From: an uncultured delta proteobacterium
Lineage (GTDB): Bacteria > Desulfobacterota > Binatia > UBA9968
Direction: 5' to 3'
Assembly (NCBI GenBank): GCA_963847445.1
Contig: CAWJZV010000003.1
Span: 59,508 to 123,507, forward strand
Length of the DNA stretch: 64,000 nucleotides
The notes under the pieces are model-generated. The model saw only the letters and a program-made list of their open reading frames with translations, was not told the origin of the DNA and ran no database searches. The position numbers and the translations under genes are program-made. Positions 24,723 through 34,828 of the stretch are shown one piece after another. Each line of letters begins with the position of its first letter. Within the stretch, counting starts at the first letter, position 1.

Positions 24723-25380
24723 ATGGCAGAAGAAATTCCAGTAAAGCCTAAGATCCGTTGGCGCGACAGCTTACGGCGCGATTTCCTCGCCGGCATGCTG
24801 GTGTTTTTGCCGGTGGCGATCACGCTTTGGTTCATCGGCTGGATGATCGACTTGCTTGACAGTGTCCTGGCGGTCATGCCCGACGCGTTTCATCCCAACT
24901 TTTACCTGCCGTTCACGATTCCCAAACTAGGCGCGCTGGTCACCGTCCTAATGATACTCTTCCTGGGCATTCTTACCCGTGGCGTCGCCACCCGGCGCTT
25001 CCTCGCCGCCTGGGAAAGCGTCCTGGTGAAGATTCCGATATTCCGCGGCATTTACAGCGCCGTGCAAAAACTCGTGCAGACGTTTTTCGGTCAATCCTCA
25101 GGCTAACCGTCAGGTCGTCATGATCGAATATCCGCGCGTCGGGGTGTACACGGTGGGCTTCGCCATGGGCCGGGCCTGGCGCCATCTCGAGGAAAAAAAC
25201 AACGTCCAGTTGGTCAATGTCTTCGTGCCGACGACGCCCAACCCGACCGCCGGCTTTTTTCTGCTCGTGCCGATCAACCAGGTGACGCCGCTCAACATGA
25301 CCATGGAAGAAGCGCTCAAACTGATCACCTCGAGCGGACTAATCACGCCGGACGACAAGAACCGCATCAATGGCAACTAA
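24723..25380 (+). CDS. DUF502 membrane protein; frameshift near 25100
   Basis: FLAGMLVFLPVAIT, KIPIFRGIYSAVQ, IEYPR, VFVPTTPNPTAGF. Confidence 0.88.
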
Positions 25381-25846
25381 AAAATCCGCCAGCGCCGGCG
25401 AGCAGATGATCTGCGTCAACCGCCAGGCGCGCCACAACTATTTCATCGACGAGGTGTTTGAAGCGGGCCTGGTGCTGGTCGGCAGCGAAGTCAAATCGCT
25501 GCGCGACGGCAAGGCCAACCTGGTCGACAGCTACGCGCGCATTCACAAAGGCGAAGCGTTTCTCGTCAACTCCCATATCAGCGCCTATCCCGGCGCGAAC
25601 CAGTTCAATCATGAACCGACGCGGCTGCGCAAATTGCTATTGCACGAACGCGAGATCGAGCGGCTCACCGGCAAGACCAAAGAAAAGGGCCTGACGCTGG
25701 TGCCGCTGAGAATGTATTTCAAAAATGGCCGGGCCAAGGTCGAACTAGGCCTCGCTCGCGGCAAAAAGAACTACGACAAGCGCGAAACCCTCAAGCGCAA
25801 CGAGGCCGCCCGCGAAATGGACCGGTCCATGCGCGCCAGGCGCTAA
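25370..25846 (+). CDS. smpB: SsrA-binding protein
   Basis: NRQARHNY, EAGLVLVGSEVKSLR, RKLLLH, GKKNYDKR. Confidence 0.98.
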   Translation: MATKKSASAGEQMICVNRQARHNYFIDEVFEAGLVLVGSEVKSLRDGKANLVDSYARIHKGEAFLVNSHISAYPGANQFNHEPTRLRKLLLHEREIERLTGKTKEKGLTLVPLRMYFKNGRAKVELGLARGKKNYDKRETLKRNEAAREMDRSMRARR

Positions 25847-25864
25847 TCGGCGCCTGCGGCGCCG

Positions 25865-25955
25865 GTTCAACGTTCAAGAGTTCAAAAGTTCAAGCTGGCA
25901 GCTTCGCTGCAATTTGCCGCCGCCGCTTCCGGCGTTGAACCTTGAACCCTTGAAC
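25865..25955. repeat. Inverted GTTCAA / TTGAAC tandem arrays
   Basis: gttcaa x4 ... ttgaac x3; related arrays at 53951-54045 and 57783-58023. Confidence 0.8.
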
Positions 25956-26021
25956 GGTCTGCGCCAGATGAGCCGGTCTAGAATCGCGCAACTCAAAACG
26001 CTAGACTGTATTTTGTCATAA

Positions 26022-26374
26022 GGGGGCGACGTGGTTTCGACGGGGGTAGGAAGTCAGAGTGGCATGCCGGGGTTCTGTTATCCCGTTAAACAAACAGATC
26101 TGCAAATATAAACGCAGACGATTTTGAATATCAACTAGCTGCTTAGTCGCAGTTAGCGTCTTACCGGTTTTCTCCCGCGGGGCCGGATAAGATGTCATTC
26201 AGTGGGATAGGCCGATTCCTCTGCCGGAGGGGCTAAGGCCGAAATCTAAGCCGGATAGCTTCAGAAACCCTGCCGTTGGGGGCTCGAAAAGCGAAATCAA
26301 ATTGACGGCTAAGCATGTAGTCATAGCTGATGGAAGACCTTCGGACGGGGGTTCGATTCCCCCCGCCTCCACCA
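26022..26374 (+). ncRNA. ssrA: tmRNA, one-piece; tag (A)ADDFEYQLAA
   Basis: 5' GGGGGCG...TTTCGAC; 3' T-arm GGGGGTTCGATTCCCCC then CGCCTCCACCA with a G:U alanyl identity pair; tag ORF 26114-26146; adjacent to smpB. Confidence 0.97.
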
Positions 26375-26395
26375 ACTTTTTCTCTACCGATTCCC

Positions 26396-26440
26396 GCAGG
26401 CGAGCCGCGAGCGATGTTTGAAATCGCCGCGGCTCGTTGC
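26396..26440 (+). terminator. Hairpin downstream of ssrA
   Basis: cgagccgcg-a-gcgat loop atcgc-cgcggctcg stem. Confidence 0.45.
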
Positions 26441-26832
26441 GTTCGGAGGCCAATCTACAGTAAGGGTCCGGTCGACGACTCACGAGTCTGTTTCGGTCGT
26501 ATGTGGCGCGGTCGTTGCGGCGGGACATCTTGTGTGTTTTTTGCTTGCCGCCCATCTGTTCGATGACCTTGGCGGGGAGGCCGCGTAATAGATTTGCAAA
26601 GGATTGGATGAATACAACCAGCGTCAAATCTGTCTCATGCGCACTGGGGATCGACTCACGATCAAGATGTTGGGGTAACGGCTGCACAGGAACGCATCGA
26701 TGGTCAGGCTGGTCGTGTTGCTGGTACCGAGAGGGTCTAGCAGGAAGGTAGCGGAATGAATTATTGGACGACAGGCTGACGAAGATTGTTTACATTGCAA
26801 GGCCTGTCCCCGGTCCTTCCTCGACTACAGCG

Positions 26833-26861
26833 TTGACGCTCGACGGTCGATAAAATACATT
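26833..26861 (+). promoter_or_regulatory. Putative sigma70 promoter
   Basis: TTGACG-17 bp-TACATT upstream of the lipoprotein gene. Confidence 0.45.
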
Positions 26862-27011
26862 GATGTCGGTTGTAAGATTCGAACCAGTAAAAAACTCGAA
26901 GGGAGCATCAATGAAAGTCCAAAAAAAGCTAGGCATGCGGCCAAGCCCGCGACTGGCCTATGACTTCGTCGCTTCTCGGACGCGCTCGTACGACTGGCAA
27001 AAGGCTCAGGG

Positions 27012-27523
27012 ATGCTGGTAGTGTCGCTTTTTTTACTTCTTGTCGGCTGCGCGTCAGGCCCGACGACACTTCCTTTTCAAAATTATACCCATCGGCAGGC
27101 TCTACAGCCTGAGCGAAGACGATCTCAAAAGGGTGCAATTTTATGTATCGACGCATGTTGTCGCCCAAGTGAAAGATCCCACGGCAACGCAGTCGTTCGT
27201 AGTACCGAGTATGACTCCTGGTGTGGTCACGGCCGCAGGCCCAAATTGGATTAAAGTGAGCTTTAGAGAGGGTGGCGCTGACGTTCCCTTTGTCGCGGAC
27301 CCGAACCTGACCGACAGCCGGTACTGTATTGCCAGCGAGGTCGACGGCGGCAGGGACTTTAAGAGAGTCACGGAGGTTCCCGGAAGAGTTTTTATCTTCA
27401 AGGGTACACCGTTGACGCTGGTTTTCGGAGCCGATGCCATGCTGCTCTTGGACTGGGATAGTTGGCAAAAGGGTCGCCGAAACACGCAAAGTGACTGAAG
27501 GTCGACGAGTGGGTGACAAGTAG
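27012..27523 (+). CDS. Hypothetical lipoprotein, frameshifted
   Basis: Lipobox LLLVG-C in ORF 27012 joins ORF 27040-27498 (LSEDDLKRVQFYVS...); start may lie as far up as 26911. Confidence 0.6.
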
Positions 27524-28599
27524 TTCTCAATCAAAACTCCGGCTGAGGACTCGCGCGTACGCCCATGGGTATCTACGACATAGTTCTTGTCGCGTCTGCC
27601 GCGCACGCAGGAATATTCTAGTTTCAGTTTTTGTGCGTCTGGTCGTTCCTCTAGATCGGCCAGCGTTGCGGAGTTATGCTCAAGGCATGATCGTTGAAGT
27701 GTCGTGGAAAATCTCAGAGTCCATACCGACCGTGCTGGGCCAGCCGCATTCTGGATTGATTTACTACGAAGTGGACGGGACGCCGGCCAAGGCTACGGTG
27801 GTCGCGCATCTGCAGAGGTTCATTCGCCACCTGGACCCGTTTTCGGTTCGGATCGAGAAATCAGACCTTAACCGCAGATGACCTGATGTCGAGAGGCATG
27901 GCGTTTTATCGCAATGCGCTCTAACCCCCCTCAGCATTAGGTCTCTGATCTTGCTCCTAATGCGCAAGCGCAGGGACAAGGTATCGAAGGAGTTACCGCT
28001 CCGGACTTTGCCGAGGTGCTCAAGGCGATTCGCGAAGATGTAACCTACGTCAACGTTCATACAACGAAGTTTACGTGCGGAGAGATTCGCGGCCGAATCA
28101 AATAGGCCATACGCGAAACTCTGGCTCCGTCGCCTCCTACGCCAAGAGCGTCGTCGAGTTCCACTAGGTCGAAACCGACAGCAGCCGGTTTCGACATCCG
28201 TGTGCGCGGCAATGCCGCTCAGAGTTCTTGCCGCTGAGGCTTTAAGGCATACTGAGGTCGATTAAGTTTGAGGTTGGGGCGCGCAGCGAGCGCCGCTTCG
28301 TAGCTGCCGCCCGACCGTCGGCTTCCGCTGTCGAAATTTCCTGCCGGTCCTATTTGACGGATAATTTTTTTGGCTTTTTGTAACGGATCACCCTTGTCGT
28401 CGTCGGGGTTTTTCCGCTTGCAGGGTGCGCATGGATTACTCGGTTGATTGGTTTTCCTCGCCCTCGGGGTTGCCTGATTTGCTGATTTTATTCCGGCGCT
28501 GGCGCTAAGTGGCCTTACGAACTTTCTTAGTTCCCCGGGTATTTTTGGACTTCTTCTCTCGTGTCATTTCGCCACTCTCAGGTTAATGCCAATGCAATG

Positions 28600-28878
28600 T
28601 CACTTAGCCGATCTTATCTTCTTAATGCGGTGCGGCGAGCGGATGATTTTTGTTACGTTATTGATCCAGTCCCTGGCGAACAGTTGCGCTTCCTTTTCGG
28701 CCGCCGAGTAGTTCTTAAAACTAAGCTGGAAGTGCCAGTCCATCCAGAGCTTAACCCGCTTCTTGCCGTTTTCACTCCACATGATTTGCGCTATGGGCTT
28801 CCATGTGTCGCTGTTACGGTCTAGCGCGGCGGTACAGTGGATCATATAGTCCTTGTAGGTTTCTTCCATTTTTACCAT
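28600..28878 (-). CDS. Small hypothetical protein (about 90 aa)
   Basis: MVKMEETYKDYMIH...WKPIAQIMWS...AEKEAQLFARDWIN; globular-looking composition; lower-GC region. Confidence 0.6.
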   Translation of the reverse strand: MVKMEETYKDYMIHCTAALDRNSDTWKPIAQIMWSENGKKRVKLWMDWHFQLSFKNYSAAEKEAQLFARDWINNVTKIIRSPHRIKKIRSAK

Positions 28879-29620
28879 TCTCCCGCCCGCAGAATAGTCG
28901 GATTTATCCACCTTTAGCGCAAAAGATGCTGTCCAATATTGCACCTGTTCACAATCTAATTTGATCCCCTCCGTGTCATGCACTCGTTTCAGGGCTCATT
29001 GCCCTGTGATTTTCACGTTGCTTTCGGCGGTGGATCAAACGGAATTCAGGAGGGCTTAATCGAGCGACTACTGGTGGACTTCTGATTTATTTATTGCCTA
29101 AAAAGGCAAACTGACATGGGATGTACTGTCAAGAATAAAAAAGGCGCTGGTCGCGAACATTGAAATAGTCCCATGGGAGCTTTCCTGCGTTGTTCGGTGG
29201 CACTCCATCGTCGAATTCCTCACTCGCTGGACTGGGTATTGCCGAGCCTGGAAACCTTCCTGCTGAATCCGTCCTTGAACGTTTGAACATTTCGGCAGGC
29301 TCAGGGCAGGCTGTTGAGCCATGGAACGGGCCATGAATCGTACCTCCCTTGTCAGAGCGACGGTGATTCCATTAAGGTTAAGCTGGTCGTGGTTTGTCTC
29401 CACTTCGCCGAGTTCAATGACGTTTGCCACAATGAGGCTGACTTCAAGGTCAAGGTGGAAAGCGAGTCATCAACGCCGCCCACGGTCAATCGCGAATTGG
29501 TTTTGGTGGCCGGGCGATCTCGGCAAAAGCAGCGGTTACTCGGATGGTGGTTCGCGGTAATTGAATATCGAGCGGCGGATCGAAATGCATCTTTAAGAAT
29601 CCGATATGCGAGGTGTTGAA

Positions 29621-30529
29621 ATGGAAACAATCGGCTTCGTCGGCCTGGGAACTATTGGCGGTGTTGTCGCCCGAAATATTCAGAAGGCCGGCTATGCGAT
29701 GGTGGTTTATGACATCGTGCCGGAGGCAACGCAGCCATTGGTAGAAAGAGGGGCGCGCCTCGCGCCATCGGCGACGGAAGTTGCGCGGGAGTGCCGGGCG
29801 GTTTTTACCTCGCTGCCGGGGCCGCAGGAGGTTGAAGCGGTTGCGCTTGGCGCGCACGGGCTGGTCCATGGCGTTGGCGACGGCAGTATCTACGTCGATC
29901 TTTCCAGCAGTAGTGCCGATCTTATCCGGCGCATCGCCGTTGAGTTTGGCGCGCGTGGCGGCCGGGTGATGGATGCGCCGCTGATTGTTGGGCGACAAGG
30001 AATTGCCAACCGCAGCGTTCAGGTGTTGGCCTCGGGCAGCTCCGAAGCTTACAGCGAAATGAAACCGCTGCTCGAAGCCTTCAGCGATACGGTTGTTTAC
30101 ACTGGCGAGTTGGGAACCGGCACGGTTATTAAACTAGCGCACAACCTGGTGCGCCGCGGCATCGGCTTGGCGATTGGCGAAGGACTTGTTTTGGGTGCGA
30201 AGGCCGGCGTGGACCCGGAGCTTCTGTGGGACTGCATGCATTGGGGCTTGGATGTCCAGCTCAATCAACTGAAAAAACACTTCGCCGACACCGTCTTTAC
30301 GGGAAACTACGAACCGCCGGCGAGCTTCGGCATTGGACTGTCGCGAAAGGACGTCGGCCTAGCCACCGAGTTGGGCCGCCAGCACAATGTGCCGATGCCC
30401 ATCGCGGCCCTAGTCGAGCAGATGATGATCCACGCCATCAGCCGCGGCTGGTCGGAGCAAAGCACGGCGTCGCTGTTTCGCCTTCAGGAAGAAGCCGCCG
30501 GAGTTCAGGTACGCAAGCGTCGGAAGTAA
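29621..30529 (+). CDS. NAD(P)-dependent beta-hydroxyacid dehydrogenase (3-hydroxyisobutyrate DH family)
   Basis: IGFVGLGTIG, TSLPGP, DAPL, KLAHN, KDVGLA. Confidence 0.9.
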   Translation: METIGFVGLGTIGGVVARNIQKAGYAMVVYDIVPEATQPLVERGARLAPSATEVARECRAVFTSLPGPQEVEAVALGAHGLVHGVGDGSIYVDLSSSSADLIRRIAVEFGARGGRVMDAPLIVGRQGIANRSVQVLASGSSEAYSEMKPLLEAFSDTVVYTGELGTGTVIKLAHNLVRRGIGLAIGEGLVLGAKAGVDPELLWDCMHWGLDVQLNQLKKHFADTVFTGNYEPPASFGIGLSRKDVGLATELGRQHNVPMPIAALVEQMMIHAISRGWSEQSTASLFRLQEEAAGVQVRKRRK

Positions 30530-30855
30530 CATCACGGCGATCGCCATTACATCGATCCAGCGCGGTTGTCGCGCAAAGCAGATAAACGATTTCCTGCCAA
30601 AGTCGCGGCAATCGTGATCGGTGCCGCGCTTATGGCCAAATCGCCCGGTGCCGGATTCCTTTCATTAATCAGGGCGATCGCAGGCGCACTGCAATGACCT
30701 TTCTTGGAGCTATTGTTCTCATACTTGCAGAATTGTTCACTGGCATGCGCATGGCTCTTTGGTTCTGACTTCAGCGTCATCGCCTGCGCGGATTCTTGTC
30801 GCTTGGCGATACGGTTTGTGCTTTGAGTGGTTGTGAAAACCGAGGCGGAGGTCAT

Positions 30856-31318
30856 ATGTCCAAGGTCAAAATTCTTTTTCCCACTGTCATGCTGGTTTGT
30901 CGCGCTAACACTCGCGGCAACCGCGGCCGTTGCCCAAAGCGAGCTGGCGGCGGCAAAGGTATCCTTCGAAACCACTTCGATCGCCGCCGGCATCGGTTTT
31001 AGCTGGGGCAACGGCAAGCTCAGGTTCAATGGGAAAGACTATGGTTTTTCGATCGATGGCGTCACGTTTATCGATGTCGGCATTAGCAAGGCAAGCGCCG
31101 CCGGTGATGTTTATAATCTCGCTGAGCTAGCCAAGTTCGAGGGACAATACGTTGCCGCCGAAGCTAGCGTTGCTTTGGGCGGAGGCGTGGGAGGGATGTC
31201 TCTGCGCAACTCAAACGGCGTCGTCATGCACCTCAGTTCAGTGTCCCAGGGCGCGCGCCTGCAACTTGGCTCCAGCGGCATGAGTATCAAGCTGTGGCTG
31301 CCTCCCAGGAAAGGTTGA
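30856..31318 (+). CDS. Secreted DUF1134/EipA-like beta protein; probable frameshift in the signal peptide
   Basis: AAGIGFSWGNGKL, GDVYNL..FEGQY, LRNSNGVVMHL; ggagg RBS before the ATG at 30856. Confidence 0.7.
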
Positions 31319-31378
31319 AGAAATCTCCGCGTCGCAACCGACCCGCAAGCTAAAGAAAACCTGCTAGCCATTCCTAGC

Positions 31379-32593
31379 CTATCCTGGTGCGCTGTGAAGC
31401 AATTTTGTCGACTCCTGCTGGAATGTGATCTCGGCGTCTTGGGGCAAGCACCATTTTTTCAGCGGCCGTCCTTCGGCTAAGGCGCGCAGTTCCCTCTCCC
31501 AGATCTTGCGAAATAAAATAATGCCGGTGTCGGAGCGGCCGAGATGTTCCTGGGCGCGATCGGCCACCGGGCCCTGGCCGACTTGCGCGACGTAGTCTTG
31601 GCTATGCACCAAAGCGATTTTGTCGTGGAAAAATTGGTCCAAGTCTTGGAAGTTGAGTTTCCCCGCCAGCACCGCCGCGCCCATCTGCGCGACTGAGATT
31701 TGAGGCGCCGCGGCCGCGGCGGCGCGGCGCGCTCGGTAGTCTTCGGCGGCTTTACCGGTGAGCGGCAAACGGCGCAAGCGGAATTCCAGAGACTGCTCGT
31801 CGTCGAGGGGCACGTCCCACTGCATGCGGTCTTCCGCGCCGCACTCCGGTTCCGGCGAGGGATTGCGAAAAGCGTAGGCGTTGGGCATGAAAAACTGAAA
31901 AACGTTGCGCCATCCCTGGGCGAAGCTAGCGTAGGCCGTCGTGCCCCAGGGGCTTTCTTCCTTGGAAATTTCCGGCAGTCCGGCGCGATTGTTTGCCGAA
32001 GAGGCCGAGTAGGCGCCGCGATGGACGAAGGGCACGTGATAGGTGTCGCCGTTGTTGTCGATGCGCTGGAAAAAATTGCACGGCCAGATTTCCGTCGACA
32101 GTACTTCGAGAATGCCGTCCTCTTCCATATGCGGATAGCGTGGAAACGGCGGCGCTTCGCCTTCGCCGAAGTAAGCGAAGATCAAACCTAGATATTCCCG
32201 CGTCGGGCAATTGCCGATGCGGATCTTGGCGGCAAAGGATTTATCTTCGGCCGGCTGTTCCATGCATTGCCCGGCGCTGTCGAACAGCCAGCCGTGATAC
32301 ATGCAGCGGATGCAGTCGCCTTCCACCCAGCCGGCAGAAAGCTGCGTGCCGCGGTGCGGACAGCGAAAACCGACGACATGGGGCGCGCCGGTTTCGCCGC
32401 GGTAGAGCGTAAAGCGCTCGCTCATGATTTCGATCGGCTTGGCTTCGCCGGCGCGAAGCTCTTCGGCGCGGTGGATCGGCTGCCAAAAACGGCGCAGGTA
32501 ATTCCCCGCGAGGGTGCCGGGCTTGGTCGAGACGAGATCCTCCCAGCGCAGTTGTTTTCCGTGGCCGCGGTTTTTGCGTTTAGCTAACGCCAT
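31379..32593 (-). CDS. Rieske non-heme iron oxygenase alpha subunit (phthalate dioxygenase/LigX-like)
   Basis: CPHRG...CMYHGW Rieske ligands; DTYHVPFVH and QD mononuclear Fe site; EHLGRSD. Confidence 0.92.
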   Translation of the reverse strand: MALAKRKNRGHGKQLRWEDLVSTKPGTLAGNYLRRFWQPIHRAEELRAGEAKPIEIMSERFTLYRGETGAPHVVGFRCPHRGTQLSAGWVEGDCIRCMYHGWLFDSAGQCMEQPAEDKSFAAKIRIGNCPTREYLGLIFAYFGEGEAPPFPRYPHMEEDGILEVLSTEIWPCNFFQRIDNNGDTYHVPFVHRGAYSASSANNRAGLPEISKEESPWGTTAYASFAQGWRNVFQFFMPNAYAFRNPSPEPECGAEDRMQWDVPLDDEQSLEFRLRRLPLTGKAAEDYRARRAAAAAAPQISVAQMGAAVLAGKLNFQDLDQFFHDKIALVHSQDYVAQVGQGPVADRAQEHLGRSDTGIILFRKIWERELRALAEGRPLKKWCLPQDAEITFQQESTKLLHSAPG

Positions 32594-32644
32594 GTTTCAT
32601 CTCCATGCTTGCATTTAATCGCTGTCGCGAACTATAGATGCGGT

Positions 32645-32658
32645 TGCTATATATAGCA
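32645..32658. promoter_or_regulatory. Perfect 14-bp palindrome, candidate operator in a divergent promoter
   Basis: TGCTATATATAGCA in the 83-bp gap between the Rieske oxygenase and SDR genes. Confidence 0.45.
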
Positions 32659-32676
32659 TCCGATTTTTTTTTGACA

Positions 32677-33445
32677 ATGAAACTTGACGGCATAGTCGCT
32701 CTCGTCACCGGCGCGGCGCGCGGTATCGGCTGGGAGATCGCTCAATCGCTCGCGCAAGCGGGCGCGCGGCGTTTCACTCTGCGATCTCGTGCAAACGGAC
32801 GTTGATGCCGCCGCCGCCCGTTTGGCATTGCCGCCGGAAAAAGTATTGGCGCTACGCGCGGATGTCACTTCAGAGCGCGACGTTGGCGAACTCTTTCGCT
32901 CGTACCCTGGACAAATTCTCGCGTCTGGATGTGTTGGTCAATAATGCCGGCTTTGCCTGGCCGCGCGGCGGGCCGGTGAATTTAGCATTGGCCGATACCC
33001 CGCTGGACGTGTGGCTGAAAGTTCTCGATACCAATCTCACCGGTACGTTCCTGTGCAGCCGGGAGGCGCTCAAGTTATGATGCGCGCCCAAGGCGGCGGC
33101 GCCATCATCAATATTTCTTCGCCCCAGGGGAAAAAGGGCAAGTTGCTGCGCGGCCCGTACTCCGCGGCGAAGTTCGGTGTCGAAGGGCTCACTCAGGTAT
33201 TGGCGCTGGAGAATGCGCAGTACCACATTCGCGCCAATTGTCTCGATCCCGGCGGCATCGTCGCCACCGAGGCGGTAAGAAATATTCCCGGCAATCGCGG
33301 CGTGCGCATGCTCAGTCCGGCGATCGTCCGGACGTGCGCGGTGTACCTGGCTTCGGACGAGTCGTTGGGCGTCACCGGGCAATCTTTTGTCGCGACCGAT
33401 TGGAATCGGCAGCAGGGCTTAGAAGTTCCCTACATGATTGCGTAA
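32677..33445 (+). CDS. Short-chain dehydrogenase/reductase; several frameshifts
   Basis: MKLDGIVALVTGAARGIG, LDVLVNNAG, NLTGTF, INISS, YSAAKFG. Confidence 0.88.
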
Positions 33446-33482
33446 CGCTGCCATCGTGCGGCGGCAAGAGGAGATATCATTT

Positions 33483-34468
33483 ATGCGAGCAACGGCGAAG
33501 TTACCTATTCTAATCTGCTTGCTGATTATCGCCGGCCTGTCAGGGCGCGCCCAGGCAGCAACCGTGCGCGTCGCCGTGCCGACGCTCAGCATGGTCGTCA
33601 TCGCGTTCACCGCAGCGAAGGAGACGAGGTTACTACCGCGACGAAGGATTGGACGTCGACCTGGTGCAGATGCGCGACACGCTCGGCATCTCGGCGCTGA
33701 TCGGCGGCAACGTGGATTTCGCTTCCATGAGCGGCGCGGGGATGACCGCCATGGTCGGCGACGTGCCCTTACGGTTCGTCTACAGCACATTTTATCGGCC
33801 GATGTTTTGGCTCTACGCCAAGCCCGATATTGCCGACGTGAAAGCGCTCAGAGGCAAACGCATCGGCGTCACCGGGTCTGGGCAGCGGTCCGGATAATTT
33901 GCTGCGCGAAGTGCTCAAGCGCACGGGCATCGAAGGCGGGCGCGACGCGACGATCTTGGCGTTGGGTTTGCCGGCGACCCTGGCGACCGCGCTGCGCAAC
34001 GGCGTCGTCGACGCCGGGATGATCAGCCCGCCGTTCAATTTCGTCGTGCGCGACGCCGGCTTTCGCGAGCTGGTGTCTTTTCTCAAAGAAGATTTTGTCG
34101 AGCTGCAAGGCAGCATTCTAGTCAACGACAAGTTTTTACAAAGCGATCCTGGGCTGGTCGAAAAGTTCGTGCGCGGCACCGTGAAAGGACTGCGCTACGC
34201 GCGTGAAAACAAAGCCGGCACGATTGCCATTCTGCTCCGCTACATGAAGCTCAAGGAAGACCTCGCCGGCCAATACTACGATCAAGTGCGGCCGATCATG
34301 ACCGCCGACGGCACCGTGAACGTAGACATGCAGAAAAAATACCTCGACCAAGCGCTCAAAGTCTTGAACCCGAAGGAAGCGCCGACGGTGGAAAGACTCT
34401 ACAGCTATGGATTGGCGCGCAAGGTCAACGCCGAGCTGGACGCGGCGGGGTGGAAACCGGGTAAGTAG
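33483..34468 (+). CDS. NMT1/THI5 (TauA-like) ABC substrate-binding protein; two frameshifts
   Basis: Signal peptide AQA-A, GYYRDEGLDVDLV, LRGKRIGVTGLG, ALRNGVVDAG. Confidence 0.85.
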
Positions 34469-34597
34469 GGGAGGCGAAACTTTCGTTGAAAATGGCCACG
34501 AAAGTTTTTTTAATTGACATGCGCGGCGGTTCGGCGGTATATCTCCCGCCAGAAAAAGAAAGTGTTGGCATTTTCTAAATACATACATGGAGGAGAC

Positions 34598-34783
34598 ATG
34601 GCTCAGAAACCGCTCACCGCAACTCAGATCAATACACTGCTTAAGTTCAAGATCGACTGGATCAAGGATCCGGTGCCGATATTCCGGAGACATCTGGATA
34701 GCCGCACGTTAAAACAGATCGCGCAGGCGAAGGCCGATTTCGGTAAACAGATCAACGAGATTGTTAAAAACCGCCAGGGGTGA
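34598..34783 (+). CDS. 61-aa peptide, candidate substrate of the adjacent radical SAM enzyme
   Basis: GGAGGA RBS shortly before the ATG; TTGACA at 34514; MAQKPLTATQINTLLKFKIDWIKDPVPIFRRHLDSRTLKQIAQAKADFGKQINEIVKNRQG. Confidence 0.8.
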   Translation: MAQKPLTATQINTLLKFKIDWIKDPVPIFRRHLDSRTLKQIAQAKADFGKQINEIVKNRQG

Positions 34784-34828
34784 GCGGGCGCCCTCGCTGC
34801 CTTCGTGTGAAGTCGGAGGCAAATCCGC

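Noticed and set aside
25095-25120. Stop-codon readthrough or a real split in the DUF502 gene
   Set aside because: The two parts are in different frames and join as ...Q-ANRQVVMIEYP with a single-base correction.
26503-26751. Cys-rich 82-aa ORF after tmRNA as a RiPP precursor
   Set aside because: No RBS, no modifying enzyme nearby, and it overlaps equally weak ORFs on the other strand.
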